Origin: an uncultured delta proteobacterium
GTDB lineage: Bacteria > Myxococcota_A > Polyangia > Polyangiales > Polyangiaceae
Assembly (NCBI GenBank): GCA_963696385.1
Contig: CAVOKF010000005.1
Coordinates: forward strand, 128,001 to 192,000
Direction: 5' to 3'
Length of the DNA stretch: 64,000 nucleotides
A model generated the notes under the pieces. It worked only from the letters and a program-made list of their open reading frames with translations, searched no databases and was not told where the DNA came from. Below, in pieces: positions 43,642-54,199 of this stretch. Every line of letters begins with the position of its first letter. Position 1 is the stretch's first letter. A program made the position numbers and the translations under genes.

Positions 43642-46600
43642 CTACAGAATCCCGAACTCCTTCAAGCGTCGATAGAATGTCCGGCGCGGCAGGTTGATGA
43701 GTTTCGCCGCTTGCACGCGGTTCCAATTGCTGGCGGTTAGGGCGCCAAGGATTCGCTCGCGCTCCGCAGCCTTGAACTCCTCCTTGCTCTTCGCGCCGGG
43801 AGGTGGCGAGGGTCGGGCTGGCGGATCATCTACCCGCAGATCGTTTCCTAGGCTTGGGTGCAGTTTGTCCGACGGGATCTCCAAGTCATCCGGCCGAATT
43901 TCTGTGCCCTCGGTCATGAGCCACGCGCTCAGAAGAATATGCTCGAGCTGTCGAACGTTACCCGGCCACGCATAACTGCAGAGCCTTCTCAGAGCCGCCC
44001 TCGATACGGTCTTGCGTTCACGGCGGTACCGCGTCGCGAAGCGCGACAGGAAAAAATCGATGAGTAGCGGAATGTCTTCCACGCGTTCGCGCAACGCGGG
44101 AACGTGCAGTTCGACGACATGAAGTCGGTAGAATAAGTCGGCCCGAAACGTGCCGTCCGAAACCATCCGGGTGAGGTCGCGGTGGGTGGCAGCAATGATT
44201 CGCGCGTCGACCGGCTCTTCGCGGGTTGCCCCGACGGGACGCACGCACTTCTCTTGCAGAACACGGAGCAAGCCCAATTGCATTTTTTGTGGCATCTCGC
44301 CGATTTCATCGAGCAAGAGGGTGCCTTGGTCGGCCTCTTGCAAGACGCCCCGGCGGTCCCGATCAGCACCGGTGAAGGCGCCTTTGACGGCACCGAAGAG
44401 CTCCGATTCCAGGAGGTTCGCGGGGATCGCGCCGCAATTCACGCCGACGAACGGCTTCTTGGCACGTGGACCAGCCTGGTGGACGGCGCGGGCGACCATC
44501 TCCTTGCCCGTGCCGCTCTCGCCCGTGACCAGCAGAGGAACGTCCGTGTCCTTCACGCGCTCGATGAGTGCGTAAAGACGCCGCATGGCGGCGCTCGTGC
44601 CGACAAGTCCCGCGTAGCCGAAGTGGCTTCGGAGCTCGGCGCGCACTTGCTTCAAGTCTCGGCGCGCCTCGGCAAGCTGTTCGGTTCTCTTGCCGAGCAT
44701 GCGAGCAAGCTCGTCGTGCGCTAAGGCGAGCTCTCCGTTGGCCCGTGCGAGCTCGTCGGCTCGGTCGCGGTTCTCGGTGAGGAGTCGGGCGTTTTCAATC
44801 GCGATCGCCGCTTGGTCTGCAAAAGCGCTGAGCGTCGGAACCTCGTGCTCGAACCGGACCCCTGGTCGCATTCGCGTCTCGACGTAGAGCGCTCCGATGG
44901 TCCGTCCGACGGGCGGTGCGCCTCGGATCGGCACGCAGGCGATCGATTGGATCATCAACTGATGCACACTGACCGCTTCGGCCAAGCGCTGGTCGTCGCG
45001 CGCGCTCAGCGTCACGACCGGCTCGCCGCTTTCGACGACGCGTTCGGCCACCGATCGCGAAAACCTTGCGTGCGGCTCGTCCGCGCCGCCGCGGGTTCGC
45101 GCGGTATGCGTTTCCAGTTCGCCGTTGTCTCCGATGAGCAGGACGAAGCCTCGCTCCGCGCCGAGCAACGCCACTGCGTGATCGGTGACTCGCGGCAGCA
45201 GCCGATCCATGTCGTGCTCGCTCGCCAACTCGCGGGTGATCGCCAGAATGCGGCTCAGCCGATCCTCGGCAAGGCGCCCCGTGAAGATCGAGGTCGTGCC
45301 GCTCGCCGTGCGCAAGACGCCGGCGGGAACAGCGACGCTCAGCGCCGGCGACGCGACCGTCGCCATGTGGGCCTGCCGCAAGGCGCGGCGGCGTGGATCG
45401 TCCCAGAAGACCTCGCGCAGGTCGCGCGGCAGTTTTGCGGCAATCTCCTCCAACATCGCGAGCGCGACCTCGGTGTCACGTCGCGCAGTCGCCATCGCGC
45501 CATGGAATGCGCCTAGGCGCGCTCGAGCGTCGAAGGCTTGCCAGGCCCACTCGCGCCTACCGGCCTGCTGCGCAGCCTCGATCGAGGCATTCAGCGCGCG
45601 CCGCGCCACGTCCTCCCTGCCTTCCGCCTGCGCGATTGCGCCAGCCACGAGTTGCGCGAGCGCTTCGTGCTCTCCGAGGCCGCCCTCTCCCGCTGCCCCG
45701 CGGATGGCGCTCAACTCGCGCGTGAGATCGTGGGGTGCGCCAGCGCCGGCGCGAGCGCGTGCGAGCAATCCCTCGAGCCTCGACTCCGCCGCGTCGTGCG
45801 TGCGACCTTGTGTTTGCCAAGCGCGCGCCGTCTCCTCGTAAAGGCGAACCGCGGCCTCGGCGTCGCCCGTGCGCGCGGCGTGTTCGGCCTCAAGCCCGAG
45901 AAGCTGGGCACAGGCCGCCGCGGACAGCTCGCTGCGCCGGGCAGCCAAGAGGTCGATGGACGCTCGGGCCCGCGCCCAGCGTCCGAGGTACAGATCGAGG
46001 TTGGCCAGATTGAGTAGCGCCTGGGTGACGGCCGCTCCACTGCCCGCGCGGCGTCCCATATCGACCGCCGCCTCTAGGTGCACGAGGGATTGTGCGAGGT
46101 CCCCTTCCGCTTGCGCGAGACCCGCGAGGTTGAGCCGGATCGTTGCTACCGTCGCGGCGTCTTGCGCCTTCTCCGCGGCGGCGAGCGCAGCTTCGTAAGC
46201 GTCGCGAGCCTCGAGCGATCGTCCGGCCCGCTGGTGCGCAATGGCGGCAGAGCCGAGGGCGACGGCCTCGACGCGGGGGTCGTTCAGCCGGCGAGCCACC
46301 TCGATTGCACGGTCGAGCGCCCCGCGTGCGCCAGCATCCTCGCCCGTCAGCGCGAGCGCAACCCCCCGGACGCTCAGCGCTTCGGCAGCCTGTACATCCG
46401 TCGCTCCCTCGCCGATGACGCTCTCCGCAAAGCTCGCCGCCTGCGCGTAGTGCCCCGCCCGCAGGCACGCGCGCGCACGTAGCGTTTTCCAGGTACGGGC
46501 CTGGCCCGCCGCAGTGCAGTCGTCCTCAATCGCAGTGAGATCGTTCAGCGCCCCTGCCGCGTCTCCTCGACCAATGGCCATTCGTGCTCCTGCGAGCCCC

Positions 46601-48090
46601 ATTCGCACCGCTTCGGCTCTTGTTAGCGGTCCACCGAGTGCGGTCAGCGCAGCGGCGGCGTCGTCGAACCGGCCGCGATCGAGCGCACGCTCAGCCTCGT
46701 CGAAGCCCTGGAGCCTGCTCGCCGCCGATGGCGTGGACGACGGATGATCGGCATCGAGCGCGCGCTCGACATCGTCGTCGCAGACGATGGGTCGCCCGGC
46801 CAATCGGCGGACGGCGGAGCGCAACGGCCCGGGGCGCCGCCCGGTTCGCTCGACCAGGCGGGCGCGAAGGGCATCTGGAAGCGACGGCACCGACCGTCGT
46901 ACAAGCTCTGCGGCCGCAGTCGAATCGAGAGGTGGCAAACCGAACGACTCGTGAACGCCGCTGGCGAGCGATGCCCATTCATGGAGCGGGCCGATGACGA
47001 CCAGCCGTGCTCCGGCTTCAGACGCACGGTGGAGCCTCGCTCGAGCTTCGCCGCCAATCTGATCCGCATCGTCGACGATGACGATTACCTCGGTCGGCAC
47101 TGTCTCGTGGGGCTGCAGTTCGAGATCGACCACTTCGTGCATGGCAATGCCGCTCGTGGGTGCCTCGATAAACGCAACGGCGCGGCCCTCCACGCCGAGC
47201 GTCCATGCTAGCCGCCGCGCTAACGTCGTCCTGCCCGATCCGTAAGGACCCTCGACGGCCAGGACGCTGCTTGGGCCGAGGGAGCGCACGCGCTTGAGCA
47301 GAAGCTGCGCGGTGGCGTCGAGGTCGAGAACCGGCCATGCTTCTTCGCTCGGCGCATGCGACGCAGGCAGCCCTGCAGCGCGCCTCAGCGCGCTCGCGAA
47401 CTCGTCGACGCTAGGCCATCGTGCCGCGGGAGACGCCTCGTTCGCCCGCGCTGCCACGCTCTCGAGTGCCGCACGAGTCTCCCTTGACAGATCGATCGCT
47501 CGTAGCTGGATCGCCTCGCTCAGCGTCATGCCGAGCGCATACACCTCTGCGCGAACCGTGATCGCCTCGCCGCGTAGAAGCTCGGGCGCTGCGTATTTTG
47601 GAGTAAGCCCAAGCGTCGGAGTGCCCCCTTCCCGCCAGGGTGCGGCCAGGCCCAAATCAACTAGTGTTCCGTGTCCGTCTTCACTGACGATGATGTTCGC
47701 CGGCTTCAGGTCCCCGTGCAGCAGCCCGGCGCGGTGCACCACCGTGAGCTGATCGCATGCGCTCGCAAGGGCACTGAGCCAGGCCGAGCCGTCTGCGCGC
47801 TGCAGGATTTCGTCAAGGCTTCGTCCTTCGACGAGCTCGCGTATCATGTAACGGCGCCCATCGTGGAGCGCTCCGAAGCCGACGACTCGTGGTACGCCGA
47901 GTCCCTCAAGTCCGCTCAGGGCAATGGCTTCTCGCACGAGCGCGCCAACTTCTCCTTCCCCTGCCCCATTCGAAAGCACTTTGAGGGCGAGTACCACCCC
48001 GCTCACCCGATCGCGCACGGACCAGACTTCGCCGGCGCCGCCCGCCCCGAGGCGCTGGATAGGCTCGTAGCGCGGCGGTAGACCGAGCAT
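43642..48090 (-). CDS. Ser/Thr kinase - degenerate NTPase - TPR - GAF - sigma54 activator - HTH fusion
   Basis: GAGGAG, HGDLKPAN, DLG, YAAPE; GPYGSGRT; helical repeats; GAF; GESGTGKE, GAFTGA, LLDEIGE, WPGNVRQL, Fis HTH. Confidence 0.92.
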   Translation of the reverse strand: MLGLPPRYEPIQRLGAGGAGEVWSVRDRVSGVVLALKVLSNGAGEGEVGALVREAIALSGLEGLGVPRVVGFGALHDGRRYMIRELVEGRSLDEILQRADGSAWLSALASACDQLTVVHRAGLLHGDLKPANIIVSEDGHGTLVDLGLAAPWREGGTPTLGLTPKYAAPELLRGEAITVRAEVYALGMTLSEAIQLRAIDLSRETRAALESVAARANEASPAARWPSVDEFASALRRAAGLPASHAPSEEAWPVLDLDATAQLLLKRVRSLGPSSVLAVEGPYGSGRTTLARRLAWTLGVEGRAVAFIEAPTSGIAMHEVVDLELQPHETVPTEVIVIVDDADQIGGEARARLHRASEAGARLVVIGPLHEWASLASGVHESFGLPPLDSTAAAELVRRSVPSLPDALRARLVERTGRRPGPLRSAVRRLAGRPIVCDDDVERALDADHPSSTPSAASRLQGFDEAERALDRGRFDDAAAALTALGGPLTRAEAVRMGLAGARMAIGRGDAAGALNDLTAIEDDCTAAGQARTWKTLRARACLRAGHYAQAASFAESVIGEGATDVQAAEALSVRGVALALTGEDAGARGALDRAIEVARRLNDPRVEAVALGSAAIAHQRAGRSLEARDAYEAALAAAEKAQDAATVATIRLNLAGLAQAEGDLAQSLVHLEAAVDMGRRAGSGAAVTQALLNLANLDLYLGRWARARASIDLLAARRSELSAAACAQLLGLEAEHAARTGDAEAAVRLYEETARAWQTQGRTHDAAESRLEGLLARARAGAGAPHDLTRELSAIRGAAGEGGLGEHEALAQLVAGAIAQAEGREDVARRALNASIEAAQQAGRREWAWQAFDARARLGAFHGAMATARRDTEVALAMLEEIAAKLPRDLREVFWDDPRRRALRQAHMATVASPALSVAVPAGVLRTASGTTSIFTGRLAEDRLSRILAITRELASEHDMDRLLPRVTDHAVALLGAERGFVLLIGDNGELETHTARTRGGADEPHARFSRSVAERVVESGEPVVTLSARDDQRLAEAVSVHQLMIQSIACVPIRGAPPVGRTIGALYVETRMRPGVRFEHEVPTLSAFADQAAIAIENARLLTENRDRADELARANGELALAHDELARMLGKRTEQLAEARRDLKQVRAELRSHFGYAGLVGTSAAMRRLYALIERVKDTDVPLLVTGESGTGKEMVARAVHQAGPRAKKPFVGVNCGAIPANLLESELFGAVKGAFTGADRDRRGVLQEADQGTLLLDEIGEMPQKMQLGLLRVLQEKCVRPVGATREEPVDARIIAATHRDLTRMVSDGTFRADLFYRLHVVELHVPALRERVEDIPLLIDFFLSRFATRYRRERKTVSRAALRRLCSYAWPGNVRQLEHILLSAWLMTEGTEIRPDDLEIPSDKLHPSLGNDLRVDDPPARPSPPPGAKSKEEFKAAERERILGALTASNWNRVQAAKLINLPRRTFYRRLKEFGIL

Positions 48091-48096
48091 TCCGAC

Positions 48097-49308
48097 TCAG
48101 AGTGTATCGCGGAACGGCGTGCGTAGCTGCGTTTCGTGGTTCGTTGCGTGCCCAGCACTCGCCGCGTCCTCCTTGCGCTCCAGGCCGTAGTCCGCGCTGA
48201 GCCCGAACCAGAAGCCGGTCAGCGAGAAGCCGACGCTGAGCCGTGTCTCCAGTTGCTTGATGGGCTTATACCTAAGACTTAATTGCGGAATGGCGATATG
48301 CGGAAATATCACGGGCACAGGTCCTCCGTTCAACCAGTTGGCCTCGTTGTAGCCGCCGACCTTGTGGGGATTGGGGTCGGTGTGCTGGCTCGGATCGCAG
48401 CCGTTCGTGAGTCCGACGGCGTCGGCCGGAGCGGCGGTCGTCTGGCACTCGGTGTAATGGTTGCCGTTGCTGCCAACAAGCGGTCCGTTCGAGGTTTGGC
48501 TCACCCAGTTGTTGCCGAGACTACCGAAGACGAAGCCAATGCCGACGCCGAACCCGTACTCGAAGTCAAAATGCCTCGCGATAGGCGTGCTCCATAGCTC
48601 ATCAATGCCGAGGTAGATCGCTTTCAGACTACTATTGACGACGCTATAATTGTTCGCTACGTCCGCCGATCCTTTTTGAAAAAAAAGGATGTTTCCGGTA
48701 TTGTAGTCTGCATATTGAATCCAAGGAATCATCGATTGTCCGGCGCTTCGAATATCGAATTCTGCGCCAATGGTATTGGAGTAAATCGTTTCTCCATCGT
48801 TGACAAAAATGTTTTCGATAAATTTTGGAATGATCGTACCGCGATAACGGACGCCGGTGAACAGATAGCGCTTGTTCGGGTATTCCGTCGTATCGGTGAT
48901 AGCGTCGCTCTCGGGTGGCGCGATGCTGGGCAGCGATGTGGCGACGGGCGTCCCCAGCAAGGCGGGTGGAGGCCCCGCGGGCGCGACCGGGCCTGGATTT
49001 GGAGCCGAGCGCGACGAGCCCTCGCGAAGGGCCGGGGCCCCGGATTCGCCCTGCGATGGCGATTCGGAGTCTGAGGGGGCCGGCGTCACTTTTTTCTTGT
49101 GTTTCGGCGGTGCGATCTGGCTTTGGTCAGGATTTTCGGCTTGTGCGAAAGCGGGCGGTCCGATGACACATGCGGCTAGGGCCAACACGAGCGTAGCCCC
49201 GGCCGTCATCCAACGACGGATGCGACCGCGTTCGCGCAGAGCCCGATGGGACCGACGTGCGGAAGGGTAGGCAAGGCTCACCATGGCAGGACCTCCGGTC
49301 GAAAGCAC
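48097..49308 (-). CDS. Hypothetical exported protein, probable outer-membrane beta-barrel (start uncertain)
   Basis: Signal peptide (PAFA-Q), Pro-rich linker, alternating aromatic/Gly beta strands (FEYGFGVGIG, GFWFGLSADYG). Confidence 0.6.
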   Translation of the reverse strand: MLSTGGPAMVSLAYPSARRSHRALRERGRIRRWMTAGATLVLALAACVIGPPAFAQAENPDQSQIAPPKHKKKVTPAPSDSESPSQGESGAPALREGSSRSAPNPGPVAPAGPPPALLGTPVATSLPSIAPPESDAITDTTEYPNKRYLFTGVRYRGTIIPKFIENIFVNDGETIYSNTIGAEFDIRSAGQSMIPWIQYADYNTGNILFFQKGSADVANNYSVVNSSLKAIYLGIDELWSTPIARHFDFEYGFGVGIGFVFGSLGNNWVSQTSNGPLVGSNGNHYTECQTTAAPADAVGLTNGCDPSQHTDPNPHKVGGYNEANWLNGGPVPVIFPHIAIPQLSLRYKPIKQLETRLSVGFSLTGFWFGLSADYGLERKEDAASAGHATNHETQLRTPFRDTL

Positions 49309-49492
49309 GCGAGAGCGAGCGAGACGCGTGGGATGCTACACTAGAGACCGGTGCGCGCGTCCTCACAAGTGCGCGGACAATCTACTGATCCTGCGCATCA
49401 GCGGGACGTCGAACAGGTGCGCGAAAGCGAAAGCTTCCAAAAGGAAATCATCCTGGCGGCTTCGGCGCCTTACGACGGGCGCGACGACGCGT

Positions 49493-49792
49493 TCACTCTG
49501 CAGCGTCGCGCTTGCGCGCTGAAAGCCGCTGCTCGCCCCTTATCTGCGCGAGTTCGTCCTCGAATTTGCGCAGCGTTCGACGCATGTCATTCACGTCGGC
49601 TCTTGTCGCTAGGGCCATCGCTTTCGCGACGTTCTCGAGCTGCTCCTGCGCGAAGCTTTGTGCCTTGCCCGGCAGGCTCATGGCCGCCATGACCGCTCGC
49701 ATGATCCGCTCGTCCTGAAGCACCTTGGCGACGCGCGGGTCGCTCATGAGCCTTAGACCCTGCCTTAATACGGTTCGTTTGAGAGAGCTCAT
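49493..49792 (-). CDS. Small helical protein with a phasin-like C-terminal motif
   Basis: LATRADV..MRR.L...E; co-oriented directly after prkA. Confidence 0.6.
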   Translation of the reverse strand: MSSLKRTVLRQGLRLMSDPRVAKVLQDERIMRAVMAAMSLPGKAQSFAQEQLENVAKAMALATRADVNDMRRTLRKFEDELAQIRGEQRLSARKRDAAE

Positions 49793-49835
49793 CGGTCCGC
49801 GTCTTTAGGCCGCTCCCGCATCTTGCGCAACGCGA

Positions 49836-51911
49836 TCAATCCTTGGCATCGCCCCGAGCGAAGATCGATGCGACGTAGTTGAGTACGTCGGTCGCGCTGA
49901 CCTCGTTGTACCCGAAGTTCTTTATGAGCCGCGACTTGATGATGTCGATTTTCTCCTGCGTGTCCTTGTCGACGACCGCGCTGACCAGCGTCTTCAGCTT
50001 GATGCTGTCCTTCTGGTCTTCGAACAGTTTGAGCTCGAGTGCGCGACGCAGACGATCGTTCGTGTTCCATTCGAACCGCTTTCCGTCTACGGCGAGCGCG
50101 CCGATGAAATTCATGATCTCGCGGCGGAAGTCGTCTTTCCTGTTCTCAGGGATGTCGATCTTCTCTTCGATTGAGCGCATCAATCGTTCGTCGGGATCCT
50201 CATCTTGCCCCGTGTACCGGTTTTTCACTCGCTCCTTGAGCGTGAAGGCCTTGATGTTGTCGATATAGTTCGCTGCAAGTTTGCTGATTGCATCTTCATC
50301 GGCACTAATGGCTCGCTGCACTTCATTTTTCACGATCTCCTCGTATTCGCGCTTGACCATACCGATGACCTCTCCGAAGCGCTTGCGCATGTCGTCGCTC
50401 GTGATGAGCGAATGATGACGTAGGCCCTTCTCGAGTTCGTTCAACACCATGAATGGGTTGATTGTTCCTTCGCCGGCTTCATTGACGAGCGCATTCGAGA
50501 TCTTGTCTTGGACGTAGCGTGGTGAAACGCCTTCCATTCCCTCTCGCTTGGATTCCTTGCGCAATTCCTTGACGGTGTCCTGAGTGTAACCTGGCAGGAC
50601 CTTGCCGTCGTAGAGCTTGAGCTTCTGGAGGAGAGACAGGTTGTGCTTCTTCGGGTCCTCTAGGCGCGTCAGTACGGCCCACATCGCCGCCACTTCGAGC
50701 GTGTGAGGCGCGATATGTTTGCCCTTGATCTTGCGAGAATTGAAGTCCTTCTCATAGATGCGAACTTCCTCGGTCAGCTTCGTGATGTAGGGGATGTCGA
50801 TCTTAATCGTCCGGTCGCGCAGGGCCTCCATGAACTCGTTGTTCAGGAGCTTCTTGTATTCGGCCTCGTTCGTGTGACCGATGATGACCTCGTCGATGTC
50901 GGTCTGGGCGAATTTTTTCGGCTTGATTTTGTGTTCCTGAGTCGCTCCGAGAAGGTCGTAAAGGAACGCTACGTCGAGCTTGAGGATCTCGATGAACTCC
51001 AACATACCCCGATTGGCGATGTTGAATTCTCCGTCGAAGTTGAAGGCGCGTGGGTCGGAGTCAGATCCATACTCCGCTATTTTTCGATAATTGATATCGC
51101 CCGTGAGCTCGGTTGAATCCTGGTTTTTTTCGTCCTTTGGTTGAAAGGTGCCGATGCCCACGCGATCCTTTTCGCTCAAAACGAGACGTCGCACGCGAAC
51201 ATGATTGCGGACGACCTTCGCCCAGTCGCCCTCGTATCGTTGCAGCAGGGCATTGAAGATGAAACGGCTCGCCGGATCGAGATCGCCATCGACTCGGACT
51301 TTGAATTTGTCATTCGACAAGCCCAGCTGGTCGATGGCCTTTGCGCGCCACTCGGGAGGGATCACGCGAAGAGGCTCTTCGTTCATCGCGCTCGGAAACC
51401 TGTCGATGTCCGTGCTGGCAACGCCTGCGATGCCGAGTCCTGCGAGTCCCGCCCAATCGAACGTGTACAGCGCGCCATCCGCTGAGCGGGAATACTGCTC
51501 GACCCCAAGCTTCAACAGTCGCGCAATCGTGCTCTTCGACGAACCAACGGGTCCATGAAGCAATATGACGCGACGCTCTGGCCCGTACCCCTCTGCCGCG
51601 GCCTTGAGCACGTGCACGAGGCGCATCAGCGGAATGTCGAGACCGAAGATGGCGTTCGCGCCTCCGTTGTGCTCGTCTTTAAAAAAGTTGTAGCGTACAA
51701 GCTTCTTCTTGTTGTCGATGTATTCTTCGGTTCCGTAGCTAATGATCATGTCGTAGAGGCGTTGGTACGCGTTTCGCGTTACCTGGGGCCTTTCCCGTAC
51801 GATTCCGAGATATTCTTCGAAGCCGCCGTCCCAGTGCAGTTCGCGATACAGCTGGAAATCTTGCATCGCGGCGATGCGGTCGGTCATGTTGGACAGGCGT
51901 GTTTCGGCCAT
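49836..51911 (-). CDS. prkA: PrkA/YeaG-family AAA serine protein kinase
   Basis: [51 protein letters not shown]. Confidence 0.93.
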   Translation of the reverse strand: MAETRLSNMTDRIAAMQDFQLYRELHWDGGFEEYLGIVRERPQVTRNAYQRLYDMIISYGTEEYIDNKKKLVRYNFFKDEHNGGANAIFGLDIPLMRLVHVLKAAAEGYGPERRVILLHGPVGSSKSTIARLLKLGVEQYSRSADGALYTFDWAGLAGLGIAGVASTDIDRFPSAMNEEPLRVIPPEWRAKAIDQLGLSNDKFKVRVDGDLDPASRFIFNALLQRYEGDWAKVVRNHVRVRRLVLSEKDRVGIGTFQPKDEKNQDSTELTGDINYRKIAEYGSDSDPRAFNFDGEFNIANRGMLEFIEILKLDVAFLYDLLGATQEHKIKPKKFAQTDIDEVIIGHTNEAEYKKLLNNEFMEALRDRTIKIDIPYITKLTEEVRIYEKDFNSRKIKGKHIAPHTLEVAAMWAVLTRLEDPKKHNLSLLQKLKLYDGKVLPGYTQDTVKELRKESKREGMEGVSPRYVQDKISNALVNEAGEGTINPFMVLNELEKGLRHHSLITSDDMRKRFGEVIGMVKREYEEIVKNEVQRAISADEDAISKLAANYIDNIKAFTLKERVKNRYTGQDEDPDERLMRSIEEKIDIPENRKDDFRREIMNFIGALAVDGKRFEWNTNDRLRRALELKLFEDQKDSIKLKTLVSAVVDKDTQEKIDIIKSRLIKNFGYNEVSATDVLNYVASIFARGDAKD

Positions 51912-52199
51912 CGGATTTGCCTCTTCGATCCAGGGCGTTGAGCCGCGCGACGAGAAAGTTCATTCACCATACCATCGGAACGCGCCGGCGAAAGTTCGGG
52001 TGTCTGCGGTGTCATCAAGCTCCGTTGCCTACGAGCAGGCCCAGCTAGGCCGTGCGCCGCTGAGCGCAAGACGTGCTAAACATGCGGTGGGAGTTGTGAG
52101 GGTCGCTCCGCCGCCCCACCGCCGAACATGGGCTCGACACTTGCAGGGTGCACCCCCCAGGCTGAAGCAGTGGCGAATGCAGCCCGGATACCCCTCCGT

Positions 52200-53627
52200 A
52201 TGCCGTCGGGCGAATGGTCGATAACCCGTCGATTCGGCCCGTTCCTGTTCGCAGGCGCTATACCGTTGGCTTCCGGATGCGCTGCGGACGAGATGGATCC
52301 ACGCGGCGCGGAGTTTGCGGAGCCGATCGGCTATACGCTCCCGTCCGCGTCCAGAAGTGCGATCACGCCGGCCAGCTCGCCGCAGCCTCCGATCGCCAAC
52401 GGCCCAGCGTTCTCAGACGAGGTTGTCGTTGGTGCCGAAGCGGACGGCGACGATCCGAACGGCGCGGTCCGAACACCCGATGCGGACGGTTACGCCGATG
52501 ACGATCCTGCCGCGCTCACCGACTTTCGGGCTCCGCTCGAGCCGTATGGTTCGTGGGTGGAAGATCCAACGTACGGCACCGTGTGGGTGCCGTCTCCGGA
52601 TGTCGTCGGCGACAATTTCACACCTTACGTTACCGAGGGGCATTGGGCTTACGATGACGACTACGTTTGGGTCAGCGACTACGACTGGGGCTGGGTGCCC
52701 TTCCATTACGGCCGATGGGCTTACGGACAGGCACTCGGGTGGGAGTGGATCCCGGGACGGAGCTACGCCGGGGCTTGGGTTTCGTGGCGTTACGCGAACG
52801 GCGGTGCGGGGCGCCCCCTCTACGTTGGCTGGGCGGCGCTCCCACCGACCTTGGGTTGGCGCGGTGGCGCGGCCGAAAGCCTTGGCTCTGTTCGGCGGTC
52901 GCCCTATGCGTTCGTCGCGACGCGCAATCTATTCGCCAATTCTCTGGCGTCGCATGTCATTGCAGGACCCCCGATGGACGCGGCTCAAACGCAGCCTTGG
53001 GCGGCGCAATCCCGCAGCGCCGCCGATCTCCGCGGCGACCCGATCGGGCGTGGCGGACCTTCTCCAGCTGCTCTCGGCATCCCGTCATCGTCGGTCGTTC
53101 ACACCCGCGTTGATGATCGAGGGGTGCTGCAGGCTCGCGCTTTCGCACGCCCGAGCACAGCAGTCGCTCTGGGGGCGCATGCGCCTGCGGGCGGCGCCGT
53201 GCGTGGGTCGTGGGCCGCTTCGTCGCGCCACGTAGCGACGACGACGCTCGGAAGAGCGGCTCCATCGGCATATGGCGTCCCGGGGGCGTCACACTTTGGT
53301 GGACGACTCGGTGCAGGATTCATAGGTAGTCCTGCTGCCGAGGCGCCGATGAGGGGACCATCCTACCGTTCGAGCGGTCCATATCTCGGTGGGCCGGGTT
53401 ACTCGGTCCCGGCCGCTCGCGCTCAGGATGCGCCCGCCTACACCGGACGGTCGTATCGCGGACCCGGCGGCGGCGCCGGTGCCTCGAGTGGCCCTCCTTC
53501 GACAGCCGCTCATGGCGACGGCATCCCGTCGGGTGGGGGAGGGGGGGCACCTCCGGGCGGCGGCCAGTCCCACAGCGAGGGCGGAGGCCGGGGCGGGGGC
53601 GGTCGCGGCGGCGGTGGACGCCGCTGA
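52200..53627 (+). CDS. DUF6600-type Trp-rich lipoprotein with a Gly-rich disordered tail
   Basis: Cys-ending signal (LASGC); L.PYG.W....YG.VW.P; PY..GHW; WGW.PFHYGRW. Confidence 0.8.
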   Translation: MPSGEWSITRRFGPFLFAGAIPLASGCAADEMDPRGAEFAEPIGYTLPSASRSAITPASSPQPPIANGPAFSDEVVVGAEADGDDPNGAVRTPDADGYADDDPAALTDFRAPLEPYGSWVEDPTYGTVWVPSPDVVGDNFTPYVTEGHWAYDDDYVWVSDYDWGWVPFHYGRWAYGQALGWEWIPGRSYAGAWVSWRYANGGAGRPLYVGWAALPPTLGWRGGAAESLGSVRRSPYAFVATRNLFANSLASHVIAGPPMDAAQTQPWAAQSRSAADLRGDPIGRGGPSPAALGIPSSSVVHTRVDDRGVLQARAFARPSTAVALGAHAPAGGAVRGSWAASSRHVATTTLGRAAPSAYGVPGASHFGGRLGAGFIGSPAAEAPMRGPSYRSSGPYLGGPGYSVPAARAQDAPAYTGRSYRGPGGGAGASSGPPSTAAHGDGIPSGGGGGAPPGGGQSHSEGGGRGGGGRGGGGRR

Positions 53628-53697
53628 GGCATCGGTTGCGTTCAACCTGGCCGAGCCGATCGTCGAGCCATGAGCAGCTCGAACGATCGCACGAGCA

Positions 53698-53733
53698 TCT
53701 GACTCATTTTCGACAGTCGGAAAATGAGTCAGA
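53698..53733. terminator. 14-bp perfect inverted repeat between convergent genes; possible bidirectional terminator
   Basis: tctgactcattttc-gacagtcg-gaaaatgagtcaga; overlaps the folK stop codon. Confidence 0.55.
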
Positions 53734-54196
53734 GGATGTCGGGGAGTCGTCGTACGTCACCGCTTGGGACGCGATAAAGCGCGCCGGATCGCGGATCGCG
53801 CGCCTCCGGTACGAGTTCGAGCATCGGAACAAGCGCAAATGCGCGTTCAAGCAAATGCGGATGCGGCACGGCGAGCTCGAGAGTGTCGACGAGGCGGCCC
53901 TCAATCCATAGAATATCGAGATCGATCGTACGGGGTCCCCAACGCTCGCCGCGGACTCGTCCGAGCTTCATCTCGATGGCCAGGAGCGCGTCGAGCAAAT
54001 CTGCCGGGCATCCGCGGAATCGAATGAGTAGGGCCGCGTTCAGAAATTCTCCCTGAGCAGGTCCAACTGGCGCGGTTGCGTATACATGCGAGCGCCCATC
54101 CACCAGCGCAACGTGTGCGAGGGCGTCCGCGGCAGCGCGCATGGTGCTCAGCCGATCGCCGAGGTTGGCTCCGACCCCGACGACTACGCGGAGCAT
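53729..54196 (-). CDS. folK: 2-amino-4-hydroxy-6-hydroxymethyldihydropteridine diphosphokinase
   Basis: GANLGDR, FLNAA, RWGPRTIDLDIL, PHP..ERAF. Confidence 0.95.
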   Translation of the reverse strand: MLRVVVGVGANLGDRLSTMRAAADALAHVALVDGRSHVYATAPVGPAQGEFLNAALLIRFRGCPADLLDALLAIEMKLGRVRGERWGPRTIDLDILWIEGRLVDTLELAVPHPHLLERAFALVPMLELVPEARDPRSGALYRVPSGDVRRLPDIL

Positions 54197-54199
54197 CCG

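Noticed and set aside
52084..52122. Hairpin gcggtggg...cccaccgc between the divergent prkA and DUF6600 genes
   Set aside because: An 8-bp GC stem is expected by chance; no riboswitch consensus recognised
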